Source: Flavobacteriaceae bacterium
GTDB lineage: Bacteria > Bacteroidota > Bacteroidia > Flavobacteriales > Flavobacteriaceae
Direction: 5' to 3'
DNA length: 64,000 nt
Assembly: GCA_013373635.1 (NCBI GenBank)
Contig: JABXHN010000002.1
Location: forward strand, 75,570-139,569
The position numbers and the translations under genes were made by a program. The first letter of the stretch is position 1. Every line of letters starts with the position of its first letter. Below, piece by piece: positions 50,096 through 60,669 of the stretch. A model generated the notes under the pieces. That model saw only the letters and a program-made list of their open reading frames with translations. It did no database searches and was not told the DNA's origin.

Positions 50096-51526
50096 ATGAT
50101 AGGAAAGCAATCAGAAGATTTATACCGTGCAGTTGAGGGATCATTTGAGCATGAATTAACCACAGATCAAAAGGATACTTTAAGGCAGCTCTCTAACTTT
50201 ATTTTTAATCAAAAAAAGGAAGAGTTGTTCTTGCTTAAAGGATATGCTGGAACAGGAAAAACAACACTTATTGGAGCTTTGGTTACAAAATTGTGGACGG
50301 TTGGCAAAAAATCGGTCTTACTAGCACCTACAGGAAGAGCAGCAAAGGTGATGAGTAGCTTTTCAAATTCAAAGGCCTATACCATTCACAAAAAGATCTA
50401 TTTTCCAAAGAAGCAATCCAATGGTGGAGTCTCTTTTACCCTAGGAGTAAACAAGCACAAAGACACCATATTTATTGTAGATGAAGCATCGATGATTTCA
50501 GATCGATCTCTAGAGGCAAATCTATTTGAAAACGATTCCTTATTAGCAGATCTAATTCAATACGTTTATTCGGGACATCGCTGTAAATTGATGTTTGTTG
50601 GAGATGTCGCTCAGCTGCCACCGGTCAAACTCAATATTAGTCCAGCACTAGATCCTTCTGTATTGGAGATAGATTATCAAAAAGATGTCATCTTATCGGA
50701 ACTATCTGAGGTTGTTCGTCAAACAAAGCAGTCGGGTATCCTGGTCAATGCTACTCAAATACGTTCTCAGTTAGAACAAGAGCTCTATGGAGATTTTAGA
50801 TTTCAAATTGACGGATATAGCGATATTGTTAGACTCATTGAGGGGAATGAAATTCAAGAAGCTATTGAAGATGCCTATAGAGAAGTAGGGAAGGAGGAAA
50901 CAGCATTTATAGTGAGATCCAATAAAAGAGCAAATCTATACAATGAGAGTATTCGCAGTCGAATTTTGTATTTAGAGCACGATTTGGCGGTAGGAGATTT
51001 TATGATGGTGGTCAAGAACAATTATTTCTGGCTACCAACGACTTCAACAGTTGGTTTTATAGCAAATGGAGACCTTATTGAAGTTTTGGAGATTAGAGCC
51101 ATAAAGGAATTATACGGATTTAAATTTGCTGAAGTAACTGTTCAAATGGTCGATTATCCCAATCAAAAACCCTTTGATACTATATTGATGCTGGATACTA
51201 TTAGTTCGGAGTCTCCATCCTTATCCTATGAGGATTCCAACAGGCTTTATCAAGAGGTGCTCAAAGATTATGAAAATGAAAAATCCAAGTATAAAAAGTA
51301 TTTGGGAGTCAAGAATAACGAGTATTTCAACGCTTTACAAGTAAAGTTTTCCTATGCGATTACCTGTCACAAATCACAGGGTGGACAGTGGAAGCGAATC
51401 TTTATTGAACAACCCTATCTGCCTGATGGAGTCGATAAGGAATATTTGAGATGGCTTTATACAGCCATCACAAGAGCTCAAGATCGATTGTATTTGATCG
51501 GATTTAAAAATGAATTCTTTTTGTAA
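50096..51526 (+). CDS. SF1 RecD/TraA-like ATP-dependent DNA helicase
   Basis: Walker A GYAGTGKTT. Walker B IFIVDEASMI. VGDVAQLPPV. C-terminal AITCHKSQGGQW. Confidence 0.85.
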   Translation: MIGKQSEDLYRAVEGSFEHELTTDQKDTLRQLSNFIFNQKKEELFLLKGYAGTGKTTLIGALVTKLWTVGKKSVLLAPTGRAAKVMSSFSNSKAYTIHKKIYFPKKQSNGGVSFTLGVNKHKDTIFIVDEASMISDRSLEANLFENDSLLADLIQYVYSGHRCKLMFVGDVAQLPPVKLNISPALDPSVLEIDYQKDVILSELSEVVRQTKQSGILVNATQIRSQLEQELYGDFRFQIDGYSDIVRLIEGNEIQEAIEDAYREVGKEETAFIVRSNKRANLYNESIRSRILYLEHDLAVGDFMMVVKNNYFWLPTTSTVGFIANGDLIEVLEIRAIKELYGFKFAEVTVQMVDYPNQKPFDTILMLDTISSESPSLSYEDSNRLYQEVLKDYENEKSKYKKYLGVKNNEYFNALQVKFSYAITCHKSQGGQWKRIFIEQPYLPDGVDKEYLRWLYTAITRAQDRLYLIGFKNEFFL

Positions 51527-51549
51527 TATCTTTAAAGTAAAATATTTCT

Positions 51550-52278
51550 ATGAAAATAGTTGCAATGATACCAGCTCGTTATGCGGCCAGTCGATTTCCG
51601 GCTAAGTTGATGCAGGATTTAAACGGAGCTCCGGTTATTGTGAGAACTCTTGAGGCTACGATGAATACTGATTTATTTGATAAGGTATATGTAGTGACTG
51701 ATAGCGATCTAATTGAAAAAGTTGTAACAGAAGCCGGTGGAACTGTCATCAAAAGTACCCAGGAGTACGAATGTGGGTCGGATCGTATTGCAGCAGCTGC
51801 ACAGACTATTGAAGCTGATATTATTATCAATGTTCAGGGTGATGAACCCTTTATTGAAAAAGAGAGTCTCAAATCGTTAATAGACGTATTTAAGGAAGAT
51901 TCGGCTAAAGAAATCGATTTAGCTTCATTGATGCATCCATTAAAAGATCAAGATTCCATTGAAAACCCTAATAACGTCAAAGTGATTGTCGATCAACAGT
52001 CCAATGCTCTTTATTTTTCTAGGGCACCCATTCCATATCTCAGAGATCAGGATCAATCCATTACTTATTACAAACACAAGGGTATCTACGCTTTTAGAAA
52101 AGAAGCATTGTTAGAATTTCCTCAACTTCAAATGGGCCCCTTGGAAGCTGCAGAAAAAATTGAAGCGATTCGCTATTTAGAATACGGAAAAAAAATTAAA
52201 ATGGTTCACACCGATCAAGATGGAATAGGTATCGACACTCTTGAAGATCTCGTAAAAGCAAGAAACAATTGGAAGTAG
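51550..52278 (+). CDS. kdsB: 3-deoxy-manno-octulosonate cytidylyltransferase
   Basis: [15 protein letters not shown], ..NVQGDEPFI.. and ..HKGIYAFR... Confidence 0.92.
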   Translation: MKIVAMIPARYAASRFPAKLMQDLNGAPVIVRTLEATMNTDLFDKVYVVTDSDLIEKVVTEAGGTVIKSTQEYECGSDRIAAAAQTIEADIIINVQGDEPFIEKESLKSLIDVFKEDSAKEIDLASLMHPLKDQDSIENPNNVKVIVDQQSNALYFSRAPIPYLRDQDQSITYYKHKGIYAFRKEALLEFPQLQMGPLEAAEKIEAIRYLEYGKKIKMVHTDQDGIGIDTLEDLVKARNNWK

Positions 52279-52967
52279 ATTATACAAATATTAAAGTGAT
52301 TGGATTTGATGCAGACGATACACTCTGGATCAATGAAACTTATTTTAGAGATACTGAAGCAAAGTTTGCTGAACTCTTGGATCAATATGAGACACAAAAC
52401 AAAATTGATCAGGAGCTCTTTAAAAAAGAGATGGAAAACCTTCCTTTATTCGGTTATGGAATCAAAGGGTTTATTTTGTCGATGATCGAAACAGCAATAG
52501 AACTCTCCAATGAACGTATTTCTCCAAAAGTAATTCAGACCATTATTGAATACGGTAAGGAGATGATTCACAAACCTGTTGAATTACTTGAGGATGTAGA
52601 AGAGACCCTCGAGTATCTTTCCAAAAACTATAGACTTATTGTACTAACTAAAGGTGATTTGTTGGATCAAGAACGCAAATTAAAGCAATCCAATCTCGAA
52701 AAATACTTTCACCATGTGGAAGTCATGAGTGATAAAAAACCTAAAAACTACAGTGATTTATTAGAGCATTTAGAAATTGATCCCAAACATTTTTTGATGG
52801 TTGGAAACTCTCTTAAATCCGATGTTCTTCCTGTGCTTGAATTAGGTGCTCAAGCAGTGCACATTCCTTTTCACACCACTTGGGCACACGAGGAGATACA
52901 GCCCAACAAAGAAGATAAGTATTTGCACTTGGGAAGTATTGGAGAACTCAAAGAATATTTGTTATGA
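52269..52967 (+). CDS. HAD-superfamily hydrolase
   Basis: Motif I FDADDTLW. Motif III/IV ..VGNSLKSDV... Start uncertain (TTG at 52269 or GTG at 52296). Confidence 0.78.
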   Translation: MEVDYTNIKVIGFDADDTLWINETYFRDTEAKFAELLDQYETQNKIDQELFKKEMENLPLFGYGIKGFILSMIETAIELSNERISPKVIQTIIEYGKEMIHKPVELLEDVEETLEYLSKNYRLIVLTKGDLLDQERKLKQSNLEKYFHHVEVMSDKKPKNYSDLLEHLEIDPKHFLMVGNSLKSDVLPVLELGAQAVHIPFHTTWAHEEIQPNKEDKYLHLGSIGELKEYLL

Positions 52968-53497
52968 GAAAATTAGTCGCTTTTATATTTCGTTTATTGG
53001 GATGGTCTGTAAAAGGAGAATTTTCACAATTGGATAAGTATGTGATTATAGCAGCACCCCACACCTCAAATTGGGATTTTATATTAGGGATCACGGTGCG
53101 TTATATCCTAAAATTGAAGACGAATTATATCGGTAAATCCAGTCTATTTAAATGGCCTATTGGATGGTTTTTTAGAGCGACAGGAGGTGCTCCAGTGGAT
53201 CGATCAGGAAATAAAAATTCTGTTCAATCGATTGTTGAAGTCTTTGAAAAGAATGAGAAATTTAGATTAGCACTCGCTCCAGAAGGAACCCGCAAAAAAG
53301 TTTCTGAGTGGAGAACAGGATTTTATTATATCGCCAAAGGGGCAGGGGTCCCTATTGTGATGATCGCTATGGATTATTCTAAAAAAGAAATTCGAATCGC
53401 TCCACCATTTTATACCACAGAGGATATGGATAAAGACATGGCCTTTATCAAATCATTTTATAAGGATGCAGTGGGTAAAATACCAGAGAATACTTAA
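52964..53497 (+). CDS. Acyltransferase (PlsC-like) family protein
   Basis: HX4D motif APHTSNWDF and APEGTR. ATGA overlap with the upstream HAD gene. Confidence 0.72.
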   Translation: MRKLVAFIFRLLGWSVKGEFSQLDKYVIIAAPHTSNWDFILGITVRYILKLKTNYIGKSSLFKWPIGWFFRATGGAPVDRSGNKNSVQSIVEVFEKNEKFRLALAPEGTRKKVSEWRTGFYYIAKGAGVPIVMIAMDYSKKEIRIAPPFYTTEDMDKDMAFIKSFYKDAVGKIPENT

Positions 53498-53506
53498 GAT
53501 TCTTAA

Positions 53507-54217
53507 TTATTCTTCCATGGTATGGAAGACATTTTGAACATCGTCGTCTTCTTCAATCTTTTCTAAAAGCTTTTCAACATCTGCCTTTTCTTCTTCACCA
53601 AGGGCTTTGGTTACTTGAGGAATACGATCAAATCCAGAAGAGAGAATTTCAATTTCTCTGCTTTCTAATTCTTTTTGAATGGCACCAAAACTCTCAAAAG
53701 GAGCATAGATGTGGATACCGTCTTCATCAGCAAATACTTCTTCAGCTCCAAAATCGATCATTTCTAATTCCAATTCTTCAGGATCAATGCCCTCCCCATT
53801 GATTCTAAAGTTACAAGTGTGATCAAACATAAATTCTACAGATCCTGAGGTCCCGAGGTTCCCATCGCATTTGTTAAAGTAGGAACGAATGTTTGCAACC
53901 GTTCTTGTGTTATTGTCAGTAGCTGTTTCGATAAGAATTGCAATTCCATGAGGCGCATAACCTTCAAAAAGAACTTCTTTATAATCCCCTTGACTCTTAT
54001 CACTAGCGCGTTTGATGGCGCGTTCGATATTGTCCTTAGGCATATTGACAGATTTGGCGTTTTGAATTACTGCACGTAACCTAGAATTCGAATCAGGATC
54101 AGGACCACCTTCTTTAACGGCCATTACGATATCCTTTCCAATACGAGTAAATGCTTTGGACATTGCTGACCAACGCTTCATTTTACGTGCTTTTCTAAAT
54201 TCAAAAGCTCTTCCCAT
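53507..54217 (-). CDS. YebC/PmpR family DNA-binding transcriptional regulator
   Basis: MGRAFEFRKARKMKRW.. N-terminus. ..AKSVNMPKDNIERAI... Confidence 0.92.
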   Translation of the reverse strand: MGRAFEFRKARKMKRWSAMSKAFTRIGKDIVMAVKEGGPDPDSNSRLRAVIQNAKSVNMPKDNIERAIKRASDKSQGDYKEVLFEGYAPHGIAILIETATDNNTRTVANIRSYFNKCDGNLGTSGSVEFMFDHTCNFRINGEGIDPEELELEMIDFGAEEVFADEDGIHIYAPFESFGAIQKELESREIEILSSGFDRIPQVTKALGEEEKADVEKLLEKIEEDDDVQNVFHTMEE

Positions 54218-54245
54218 AATCTGTCTTAATTTTGTTTAATAGTAG

Positions 54246-54253
54246 CAAAAATA
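54246..54253 (-). promoter_or_regulatory. Candidate -7 promoter element (TATTTTTG) for the yebC-family gene
   Basis: Matches TAnnTTTG about 28 nt upstream of the ATG at 54217. No clear -33 element. Confidence 0.35.
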
Positions 54254-54290
54254 GAAAAAAGTAGCTAAACTAATAATAGTTGATTGCTTC

Positions 54291-54596
54291 TTATTCTCCG
54301 TTTGAAATACAACGTTCGATACGCTCTGCAAGAGCAAAATCATTGATAGACACTCCTTTTAATGAAGGTGTTTGAATGCTAACTAGAAGTGTATTAAAAG
54401 TATTTGTCCATTTTGGGTAATGACCTAGTTTCTCACATTCAAATGCAATTCGTGTCATTGCTGAAAAGGTTTCTTTAAAATCTTGAAACTGAAAGCTACT
54501 CATCAATGAGTCTTCTTTATATCCCCAATGCGGTAAGTGCTTTAAGTTTTCTTTGATTTCTTCTTCTGTTAGTTTTACTAATTTATTATCTGACAT
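54291..54596 (-). CDS. 4a-hydroxytetrahydrobiopterin dehydratase (PCD/DCoH family)
   Basis: About 100 aa. ..LPHWGY..FQFQDFKETFSAMTRIAFECEKLGHYP.. follows the PCD pattern, with HYP in place of HHP. Confidence 0.8.
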   Translation of the reverse strand: MSDNKLVKLTEEEIKENLKHLPHWGYKEDSLMSSFQFQDFKETFSAMTRIAFECEKLGHYPKWTNTFNTLLVSIQTPSLKGVSINDFALAERIERCISNGE

Positions 54597-54609
54597 CTTA
54601 ATTGTTTAT

Positions 54610-55695
54610 TTATTGTTTGTAAAAAGGCAGTTTTGTGATGGTTGCAGCCACCTTATTTTTTCTGATCTGAATCCAAATTGGAGTGTAGATCTTTGAATTT
54701 GATGTAGTTACATATCCCAATCCAATTCCTTTAGAAAGGGAAGGAGACATGGTACCAGAGGTTACTTTACCGATAACAGTACCGTCTTGATCTACAATCT
54801 CATATCCTGTTCTTGGAATTCCTCTTTCTTCTAAGACAAATCCAACAAGTTTTTGACTGCTTCCTTGTTCTTTTTCAATGGCGAGGGATTCAGAATTGAC
54901 AAAATCCTTGGTAAACTTTGTAATCCATCCCAATCCAGCTGCTAGTGGAGATGTCGTATCGTCTATATCATTTCCATAAAGACAATAACCCATCTCTAAG
55001 CGAAGTGTATCTCTAGCTGCAAGTCCGATAGGTTGAATTCCAAAAGATTCACCTGCCTTGAAAACTGCATCCCAAAGCGTTTCAGCATCTTGGTTTTTGC
55101 AATAGAGCTCAAATCCTCCAGATCCTGTATAACCAGTTGCTGAGATGATGATGTCATTTATTCCAGCGAGTGTTCCCACTTCAAAATGATAAAATTTAAT
55201 AGCAGATAGATCTACCTCTGTTAACTGTTGTAATACTTCGGTAGCCTTAGGTCCTTGAACTGCTAAAAGCGCATAATCATCTGAATTATTAACTAAAGTT
55301 GCTCCAAATTCACTGTTGTATTTTGAAATGTGAGCAAAGTCTTTATCGATATTCGAAGCGTTGACAACGGCCATATAGGAATCTTCATCCATTTTGTAAA
55401 CGATTAAGTCGTCTACAATTCCTCCTGTTTCATTTGGCATACAATTGTACTGTGCTTGCCCTATAGTTATTTTGCTAATATCGTTGGAGCAAACTCTTTG
55501 TAAGAGCGCTTCAGACTTTGGACCTGAAATAAAGAATTCTCCCATATGGGAAACATCAAATACTCCAACAGATTCTCTTACTACTTGGTGTTCTATATTC
55601 ACTCCAGCGTAGGATACAGGCATATTAAATCCTGCAAATGGAACCATTTTTGCTCCTAAAGATTGGTGTTTGTCGTTTAAAGCTATCGTCTTCAT
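54610..55695 (-). CDS. gcvT: Glycine cleavage system aminomethyltransferase T
   Basis: MKTIALNDKHQSLGAKMVPFAGFNMPVSY N-terminus. The ATG at 55695 is preferred. Confidence 0.95.
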   Translation of the reverse strand: MKTIALNDKHQSLGAKMVPFAGFNMPVSYAGVNIEHQVVRESVGVFDVSHMGEFFISGPKSEALLQRVCSNDISKITIGQAQYNCMPNETGGIVDDLIVYKMDEDSYMAVVNASNIDKDFAHISKYNSEFGATLVNNSDDYALLAVQGPKATEVLQQLTEVDLSAIKFYHFEVGTLAGINDIIISATGYTGSGGFELYCKNQDAETLWDAVFKAGESFGIQPIGLAARDTLRLEMGYCLYGNDIDDTTSPLAAGLGWITKFTKDFVNSESLAIEKEQGSSQKLVGFVLEERGIPRTGYEIVDQDGTVIGKVTSGTMSPSLSKGIGLGYVTTSNSKIYTPIWIQIRKNKVAATITKLPFYKQ

Positions 55696-55796
55696 GAGGG
55701 TATTGAGAATTAATTCGGCTGTAAAAATAGTATTCTTTTCAACGAATCTCACATAGACTTATAAATATTTTAGAAATGCTTTTAATTCATATTGAA

Positions 55797-57095
55797 TCAA
55801 TCCAATAAATAGGATTTGAGCTCTTCGTAGGTAGCGATTTCAACCGATTTCTTTTGACCACCCATAACTTTTTGTATCTGCTGCGGAATAGCCACCTTTG
55901 TTTGAAGTGTTTCTTCTACTACTTCTAGGAATTTAACAGGATGAGCTGTTTCTAAAAAGATACCGTAGGTATCAGGATGATGCTCCATATAAGATTCTAA
56001 TCCCAGATAACCAACTGCTCCATGAGGATCAGCGACGTATTCATTTTCGATAAATAATTTAAGCATGGCAGCCTTAGTCTGGTCATCGTCGAACGATTCA
56101 GAAGAAAATAGGGCAGCTAATTGATCGTAATCATTTGAAAAGAGCTTTTGGATTCTAATAAAGTTACTGGGGTCTCCAACATCCATAGCATTTGAAATGG
56201 TTGGCTTTGAAGCTCTAGGAGTATAGGTTTGAGTATCCATATAGTCTGGAATCACTTTGTTGACATTGGTCGATGCGATAAAATGATCCACTGGAAGTCC
56301 TAATTTATATGCGACAATACCTGCGCAAATATTACCAAAATTACCAGATGGAACAGAGAATACTAGTTTCTCAGCCTTGTCCTTTACTTGCCTGTAGGCA
56401 ATAATATAATAGAGCATCTGAGGTAACCATCGCGCTACATTAATGGAGTTTGCAGAAGTCAATTTGATATGATCGGTTATGGATTCATCCAAAAAGGCTT
56501 TTTTAACGAAGGCCTGACAATCGTCAAAACTTCCTTCAACTTCTAGTGCTCTAATATTTTGACCAAGAGTGGTCAATTGTTTTTCTTGTATAGGGCTGAC
56601 TTTACCTTTAGGGTATAAAATAACGACATCAACTCCCTCAACTCCTAAAAATCCATTAGCCACTGCACCACCTGTATCTCCTGAAGTTGCAACAAGTACA
56701 GTAACATTTTCTTTGGTATTTGATTGTTTTGAGAAATAGCCTAGGCAACGTGCCATAAATCGAGCTCCAACATCCTTAAAAGCCATTGTCGGTCCGTGAA
56801 AGAGTTCTAGAGTTGCGACATTTTTTTCCAATTCCACAACCGGAAACTCAAAATCCAAAACCTCAGAAAGAATCGCTCTTAACTCCTCTTCTGGTATTTC
56901 ATCTCCTATAAATTGTTGAATGGCTTCATATGCTAGATCCACAGTAGAATAGTTTTCTATAGTTTCATAAAAAGAAGGATCTAGTGGAGTAATTGACTCT
57001 GGAAAGTACAAGCCCTTATCTGGAGCAATTCCTCTGATGACAGCATCTTTAAAGCTACTGATGTGATCTGGTGTATTTAAACTGAAATAATTCAT
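55797..57095 (-). CDS. thrC: Threonine synthase
   Basis: PLP-lysine motif FHGPTMAFKDVGARF. The ATG at 57095 (MNYFSLN..) is preferred. Confidence 0.94.
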   Translation of the reverse strand: MNYFSLNTPDHISSFKDAVIRGIAPDKGLYFPESITPLDPSFYETIENYSTVDLAYEAIQQFIGDEIPEEELRAILSEVLDFEFPVVELEKNVATLELFHGPTMAFKDVGARFMARCLGYFSKQSNTKENVTVLVATSGDTGGAVANGFLGVEGVDVVILYPKGKVSPIQEKQLTTLGQNIRALEVEGSFDDCQAFVKKAFLDESITDHIKLTSANSINVARWLPQMLYYIIAYRQVKDKAEKLVFSVPSGNFGNICAGIVAYKLGLPVDHFIASTNVNKVIPDYMDTQTYTPRASKPTISNAMDVGDPSNFIRIQKLFSNDYDQLAALFSSESFDDDQTKAAMLKLFIENEYVADPHGAVGYLGLESYMEHHPDTYGIFLETAHPVKFLEVVEETLQTKVAIPQQIQKVMGGQKKSVEIATYEELKSYLLD

Positions 57096-57099
57096 GTAG

Positions 57100-58029
57100 T
57101 TACAATTGTTTAACTCCTTCGGTATTGATTTTTGAAATGTGGATTTCAAAATCTATTCCGAGTGGAATATAGATGTTTTTCATTTGCTCGGCAACTGCTT
57201 TTGCAGTAGCTTCCCCCTTACTGAGTGCAAAAACAGAAGGTCCTGATCCTGAGATTCCACAGCCTAGGGCACCAACTTCTTTTGAGGATGATTTAATACG
57301 ATCAAATTCAGGTATTAAAATAGAACGAATCGGCTCTACAATAACATCTTCTAATGATCTGCTAATTAAATCGTAATCCTCTGTAAATAATCCCGCTACT
57401 AGTCCACCGACATTCCCCCACTGAGTGATGGCTTGTTTCATGGTGATGTTTTGCTTGAGTATTCTTCTGGAATCAGCTGTTTTAACCTCTATTTGAGGAT
57501 GAATCACAGTTGCGTATAATTCTGATGGATGTGGGAGTGAAATCACATCTAGTGGCTCGTAAGAACGAACTAGTGTAAAACCACCAAGTAGGGCAGGAGC
57601 TACATTGTCAGCATGAGCCACGCCCGATGCTAAACGCTCACCTTCCATAGCGAATTCTATGAGCTCCTTTCTCGAAAGAGGTTCGCCGAGAAGAAAGTTG
57701 ATTCCCCAAACAGCACCTGCAGAACTAGCTGCAGAAGATCCGATACCACTTCCAGCCTTAATATTTTTATAGATTTCAATTTCAAATCCTTGATCAGAAT
57801 TTAAATGTTCTAATAGTTTTAAACCAGCGACTCCAGCAACGTTCTTTTGAGTTTCTAAGGGAAGGTTCTGACCTTCAATTTTAGTGATGCTGATCCCTTT
57901 TTGGTTTGATTTTCGAATGAGCATTCGATCTCCAATACCGTCAAGGGCTAATCCCATAACATCAAATCCACAGGAAACATTGGCGATGGTTCCAGGACAA
58001 AAAACTTCTATTTCACTATTGTTACTCAT
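57100..58029 (-). CDS. thrB: Homoserine kinase
   Basis: GHMP kinase motif KAGSGIGSSAASSAGAV. Confidence 0.92.
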   Translation of the reverse strand: MSNNSEIEVFCPGTIANVSCGFDVMGLALDGIGDRMLIRKSNQKGISITKIEGQNLPLETQKNVAGVAGLKLLEHLNSDQGFEIEIYKNIKAGSGIGSSAASSAGAVWGINFLLGEPLSRKELIEFAMEGERLASGVAHADNVAPALLGGFTLVRSYEPLDVISLPHPSELYATVIHPQIEVKTADSRRILKQNITMKQAITQWGNVGGLVAGLFTEDYDLISRSLEDVIVEPIRSILIPEFDRIKSSSKEVGALGCGISGSGPSVFALSKGEATAKAVAEQMKNIYIPLGIDFEIHISKINTEGVKQL

Positions 58030-58056
58030 AGATTGTGTTTTGGTAAAAGTAGTAAA

Positions 58057-60501
58057 CTAGTAGTTTCCGATTCGTATTATATCTGCAAAGATTCCAGAGG
58101 CAGTTACATCAGCACCTGCACCAGCTCCTTTAATGATCATTGGCTGGTTTGGATAGCGTTCTGTATAGAATAAAACAATATTGTCACTTCCTTCTAGATT
58201 GTGAAAATCGTGTCCTTGAGGAATTTCCTCTAGACCAACACTTGCCTTACCTTGGTTAAAACTCGCTACGTATTTGAGTTTAGAATTTTTAGCGGCAGCT
58301 GATTGATAGAGTGATTGAAAGTGTTCTTCGAATTTTACTAGACTCTCAAAGAATTCTTCATTAGAAGAAGTTTTAAGACATGCTTCAGGTAAAAATGATC
58401 GATTTTCAATATCCTCAAGCTCGAGTTGATTTCCAGATTCTCTCGCGAGAATAAGAATTTTACGCATGACATCAATACCGCTTAAATCAATAGTTGGATC
58501 TGGTTCAGTATATCCTTCTTCTTGGGCTTGTTTAACGATGTCTACAAATTTAGTGCTATCGTTAAAGTTGTTAAACACAAAGTTGAGACTACCGGATAAT
58601 ACAGCCTTAATATTTAAAATCTTATCACCTGAGGCGATGAGGTTTTTAAGGGTATCGATAATTGGTAATCCTGCACCAACATTAGTTTCAAATAAGAATG
58701 GAGCGTTGTATTCAGACGCTAAATACTTGAGGTTTTTATAACGAGCATATTCAGATGAACAAGCGATTTTATTACAGGTAACCACTGAAATACTATTAGA
58801 GAGATAGGACTCGTAGGTCTTTGATACCTCTGCGCTGGCAGTATTATCAACAAAGATGGAGTTTCTGTGGTTTAATTCAGTAACCTGATCAAAAAAGCGT
58901 TTTTTATCGGCTTGTTCTCCACCAGCGAGTAATTCCTTCCAATTCTTTAAATCAATACCCGATTCATTAAAGTACATGGTTCTAGAATTTGAAATTCCAA
59001 TAACTCTAATATTGAGTTTTAAATTTTTCTTTAAGTAGCTCTTTTGTCCTTCTAATTGGGCCATAAAACGAGCACCCACATTTCCAACTCCCATTACAAA
59101 TAAATTGAGTTGCTTGACGTTTTCTTCAAAGAAGGTCTCATGTAGTGTGTTTAAAGCTTTTTTGACATCTTTTGTCTTGATGACTACTGATATATTCTTT
59201 TCTGATGCACCTTGAGCAATAGCGACAATATTGACATTGTTTTTTCCAAGAGTGCTAAACATCTTACCGCTTAAGCCTTGGTGTGATTTCATATTATCAC
59301 CGACTAAAGCTACAATTGAGTATTCTTTTTCAGGAGTTACCTGCTTGATCTTACCTTTGCTGATTTCAAATTCAAAAGCATCATTGACAAGTGAAGCCGC
59401 TAGATCCGCATCTTTTTCATTGACACCGATACATATCGAGTGTTCTGAGGATGCTTGAGTAATTAATACAACAGATATTTGAGCGTTAGAAAGCACTTCG
59501 AAGAAACGCTTTGAAATCCCTGGAATACCCACCATTCCAGCACCTTCAAGAGACAACAATGCAATTTGATCGATATGACTAATTCCTTGTACTGATTTGT
59601 TTTCAGGTGAATTGTTTTTAGCAATCGTAGTTCCTTTGTCCTCTGGTTTGAAGGTGTTCTTAATAACGATAGGAATCTCTTTATTGAGAACTGGTTGAAT
59701 CGTAGGAGGGTAGAGTACCTTTGCTCCAAAGTGAGAAAGTTCCATCGCTTCCTCATAGGAGATATTGTCAATAGGCTTGGCTTGCTTGACCATCTTTGGA
59801 TTAGCGGTAAACATTCCAGAAACATCGGTATAGATATCCAGTTGTTTAGCGTCAATCGCAGCTGCAACAATTGCTGCAGTATAGTCAGATCCACCTCTCC
59901 CCAAAGTAGTACTCTCTCCTGATTCCGAAGATGAAATAAATCCACCCATCACAGTGATTTGGTGGGGTGCTTTAGATATATATTCTGCAATGGCTTGATT
60001 AGTTACTTCAAAATTAACCTGAGCTTTATTGTAGTTGGAATTGGTTTTGATTACAGTTCTAGAATCTAGGAGCTCGGAATTCAAACCTTCAGCTTTAAAG
60101 TAAGAAGCAATGATAAAAGAAGAAAGCAGCTCTCCGTAACTCACAACTTTATCAGAAAGTTTTGGAGTTTGTTCACCTATTAAATAAGAACCCTCTAAGA
60201 GTGTTTCTAAGTTGTTTAATTCAGCCTTGATTTTAGATAGTAATTCGCTTTGATATTGAACATTAATCAATGATTTAACAGCATTGAGGTGTCTGTTTTC
60301 GATTTCAGATACGATTTCTAAATAGCTTTGATCCTTATTGGCTGCTTTTTCAGAAGCCTGGAGTAGGAGGTCTGTGACACCTCCAAGAGCTGAAACAACT
60401 ACTACAGAGTGTTTGTTAGATTCTAAACTGACAATTGCTTTTACTTTGGATATGTTTTCGGCATTTGACACTGAAGTGCCTCCGAATTTTAATACTTTCA
60501 T
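58057..60501 (-). CDS. thrA: Bifunctional aspartokinase / homoserine dehydrogenase
   Basis: MKVLKFGGTSV aspartokinase N-terminus. ACT region. Homoserine dehydrogenase half with GVGNVG. Confidence 0.95.
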   Translation of the reverse strand: MKVLKFGGTSVSNAENISKVKAIVSLESNKHSVVVVSALGGVTDLLLQASEKAANKDQSYLEIVSEIENRHLNAVKSLINVQYQSELLSKIKAELNNLETLLEGSYLIGEQTPKLSDKVVSYGELLSSFIIASYFKAEGLNSELLDSRTVIKTNSNYNKAQVNFEVTNQAIAEYISKAPHQITVMGGFISSSESGESTTLGRGGSDYTAAIVAAAIDAKQLDIYTDVSGMFTANPKMVKQAKPIDNISYEEAMELSHFGAKVLYPPTIQPVLNKEIPIVIKNTFKPEDKGTTIAKNNSPENKSVQGISHIDQIALLSLEGAGMVGIPGISKRFFEVLSNAQISVVLITQASSEHSICIGVNEKDADLAASLVNDAFEFEISKGKIKQVTPEKEYSIVALVGDNMKSHQGLSGKMFSTLGKNNVNIVAIAQGASEKNISVVIKTKDVKKALNTLHETFFEENVKQLNLFVMGVGNVGARFMAQLEGQKSYLKKNLKLNIRVIGISNSRTMYFNESGIDLKNWKELLAGGEQADKKRFFDQVTELNHRNSIFVDNTASAEVSKTYESYLSNSISVVTCNKIACSSEYARYKNLKYLASEYNAPFLFETNVGAGLPIIDTLKNLIASGDKILNIKAVLSGSLNFVFNNFNDSTKFVDIVKQAQEEGYTEPDPTIDLSGIDVMRKILILARESGNQLELEDIENRSFLPEACLKTSSNEEFFESLVKFEEHFQSLYQSAAAKNSKLKYVASFNQGKASVGLEEIPQGHDFHNLEGSDNIVLFYTERYPNQPMIIKGAGAGADVTASGIFADIIRIGNY

Positions 60502-60568
60502 AAGATGTATAAACTTGATTTATATGGATTTAACACGCATTGAGCTAAGACGGATGATATATATGAAA

Positions 60569-60646
60569 TTACCCCAAAGGGGTTGTAGTCGTAGCTGTAG
60601 AAGCAGAACGCTTAAGAAGATTTAAAGTGTATACGTGTTGATTCAT
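60569..60646 (-). promoter_or_regulatory. Candidate thr operon leader peptide ORF (MNQHVYTLNLLKRSASTATTTTPLG)
   Basis: A 25-codon ORF 67 nt upstream of thrA on the same strand. Five Thr codons fall within six consecutive positions (ACA GCT ACG ACT ACA ACC). Confidence 0.5.
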
Positions 60647-60669
60647 AGGAAAATTAACTTTTCACAATC

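Noticed and set aside
55696-55796. I looked for a glycine riboswitch upstream of gcvT.
   Set aside because: The 100-nt region is AT-rich. It lacks the conserved GGAGAG / ACCGAAGGGGCAA-type cores and has no plausible tandem aptamer structure.
59463-59945. A 160-codon ORF on the same strand as thrA but in a shifted frame.
   Set aside because: It lies wholly inside the well-supported thrA reading frame. The predicted protein is Leu/Ser/Arg-rich with no recognisable motif, start context or domain. It is unusually long for an off-frame ORF in AT-rich DNA. Without evidence such as suppressed synonymous variation in thrA orthologs, I treat it as chance.
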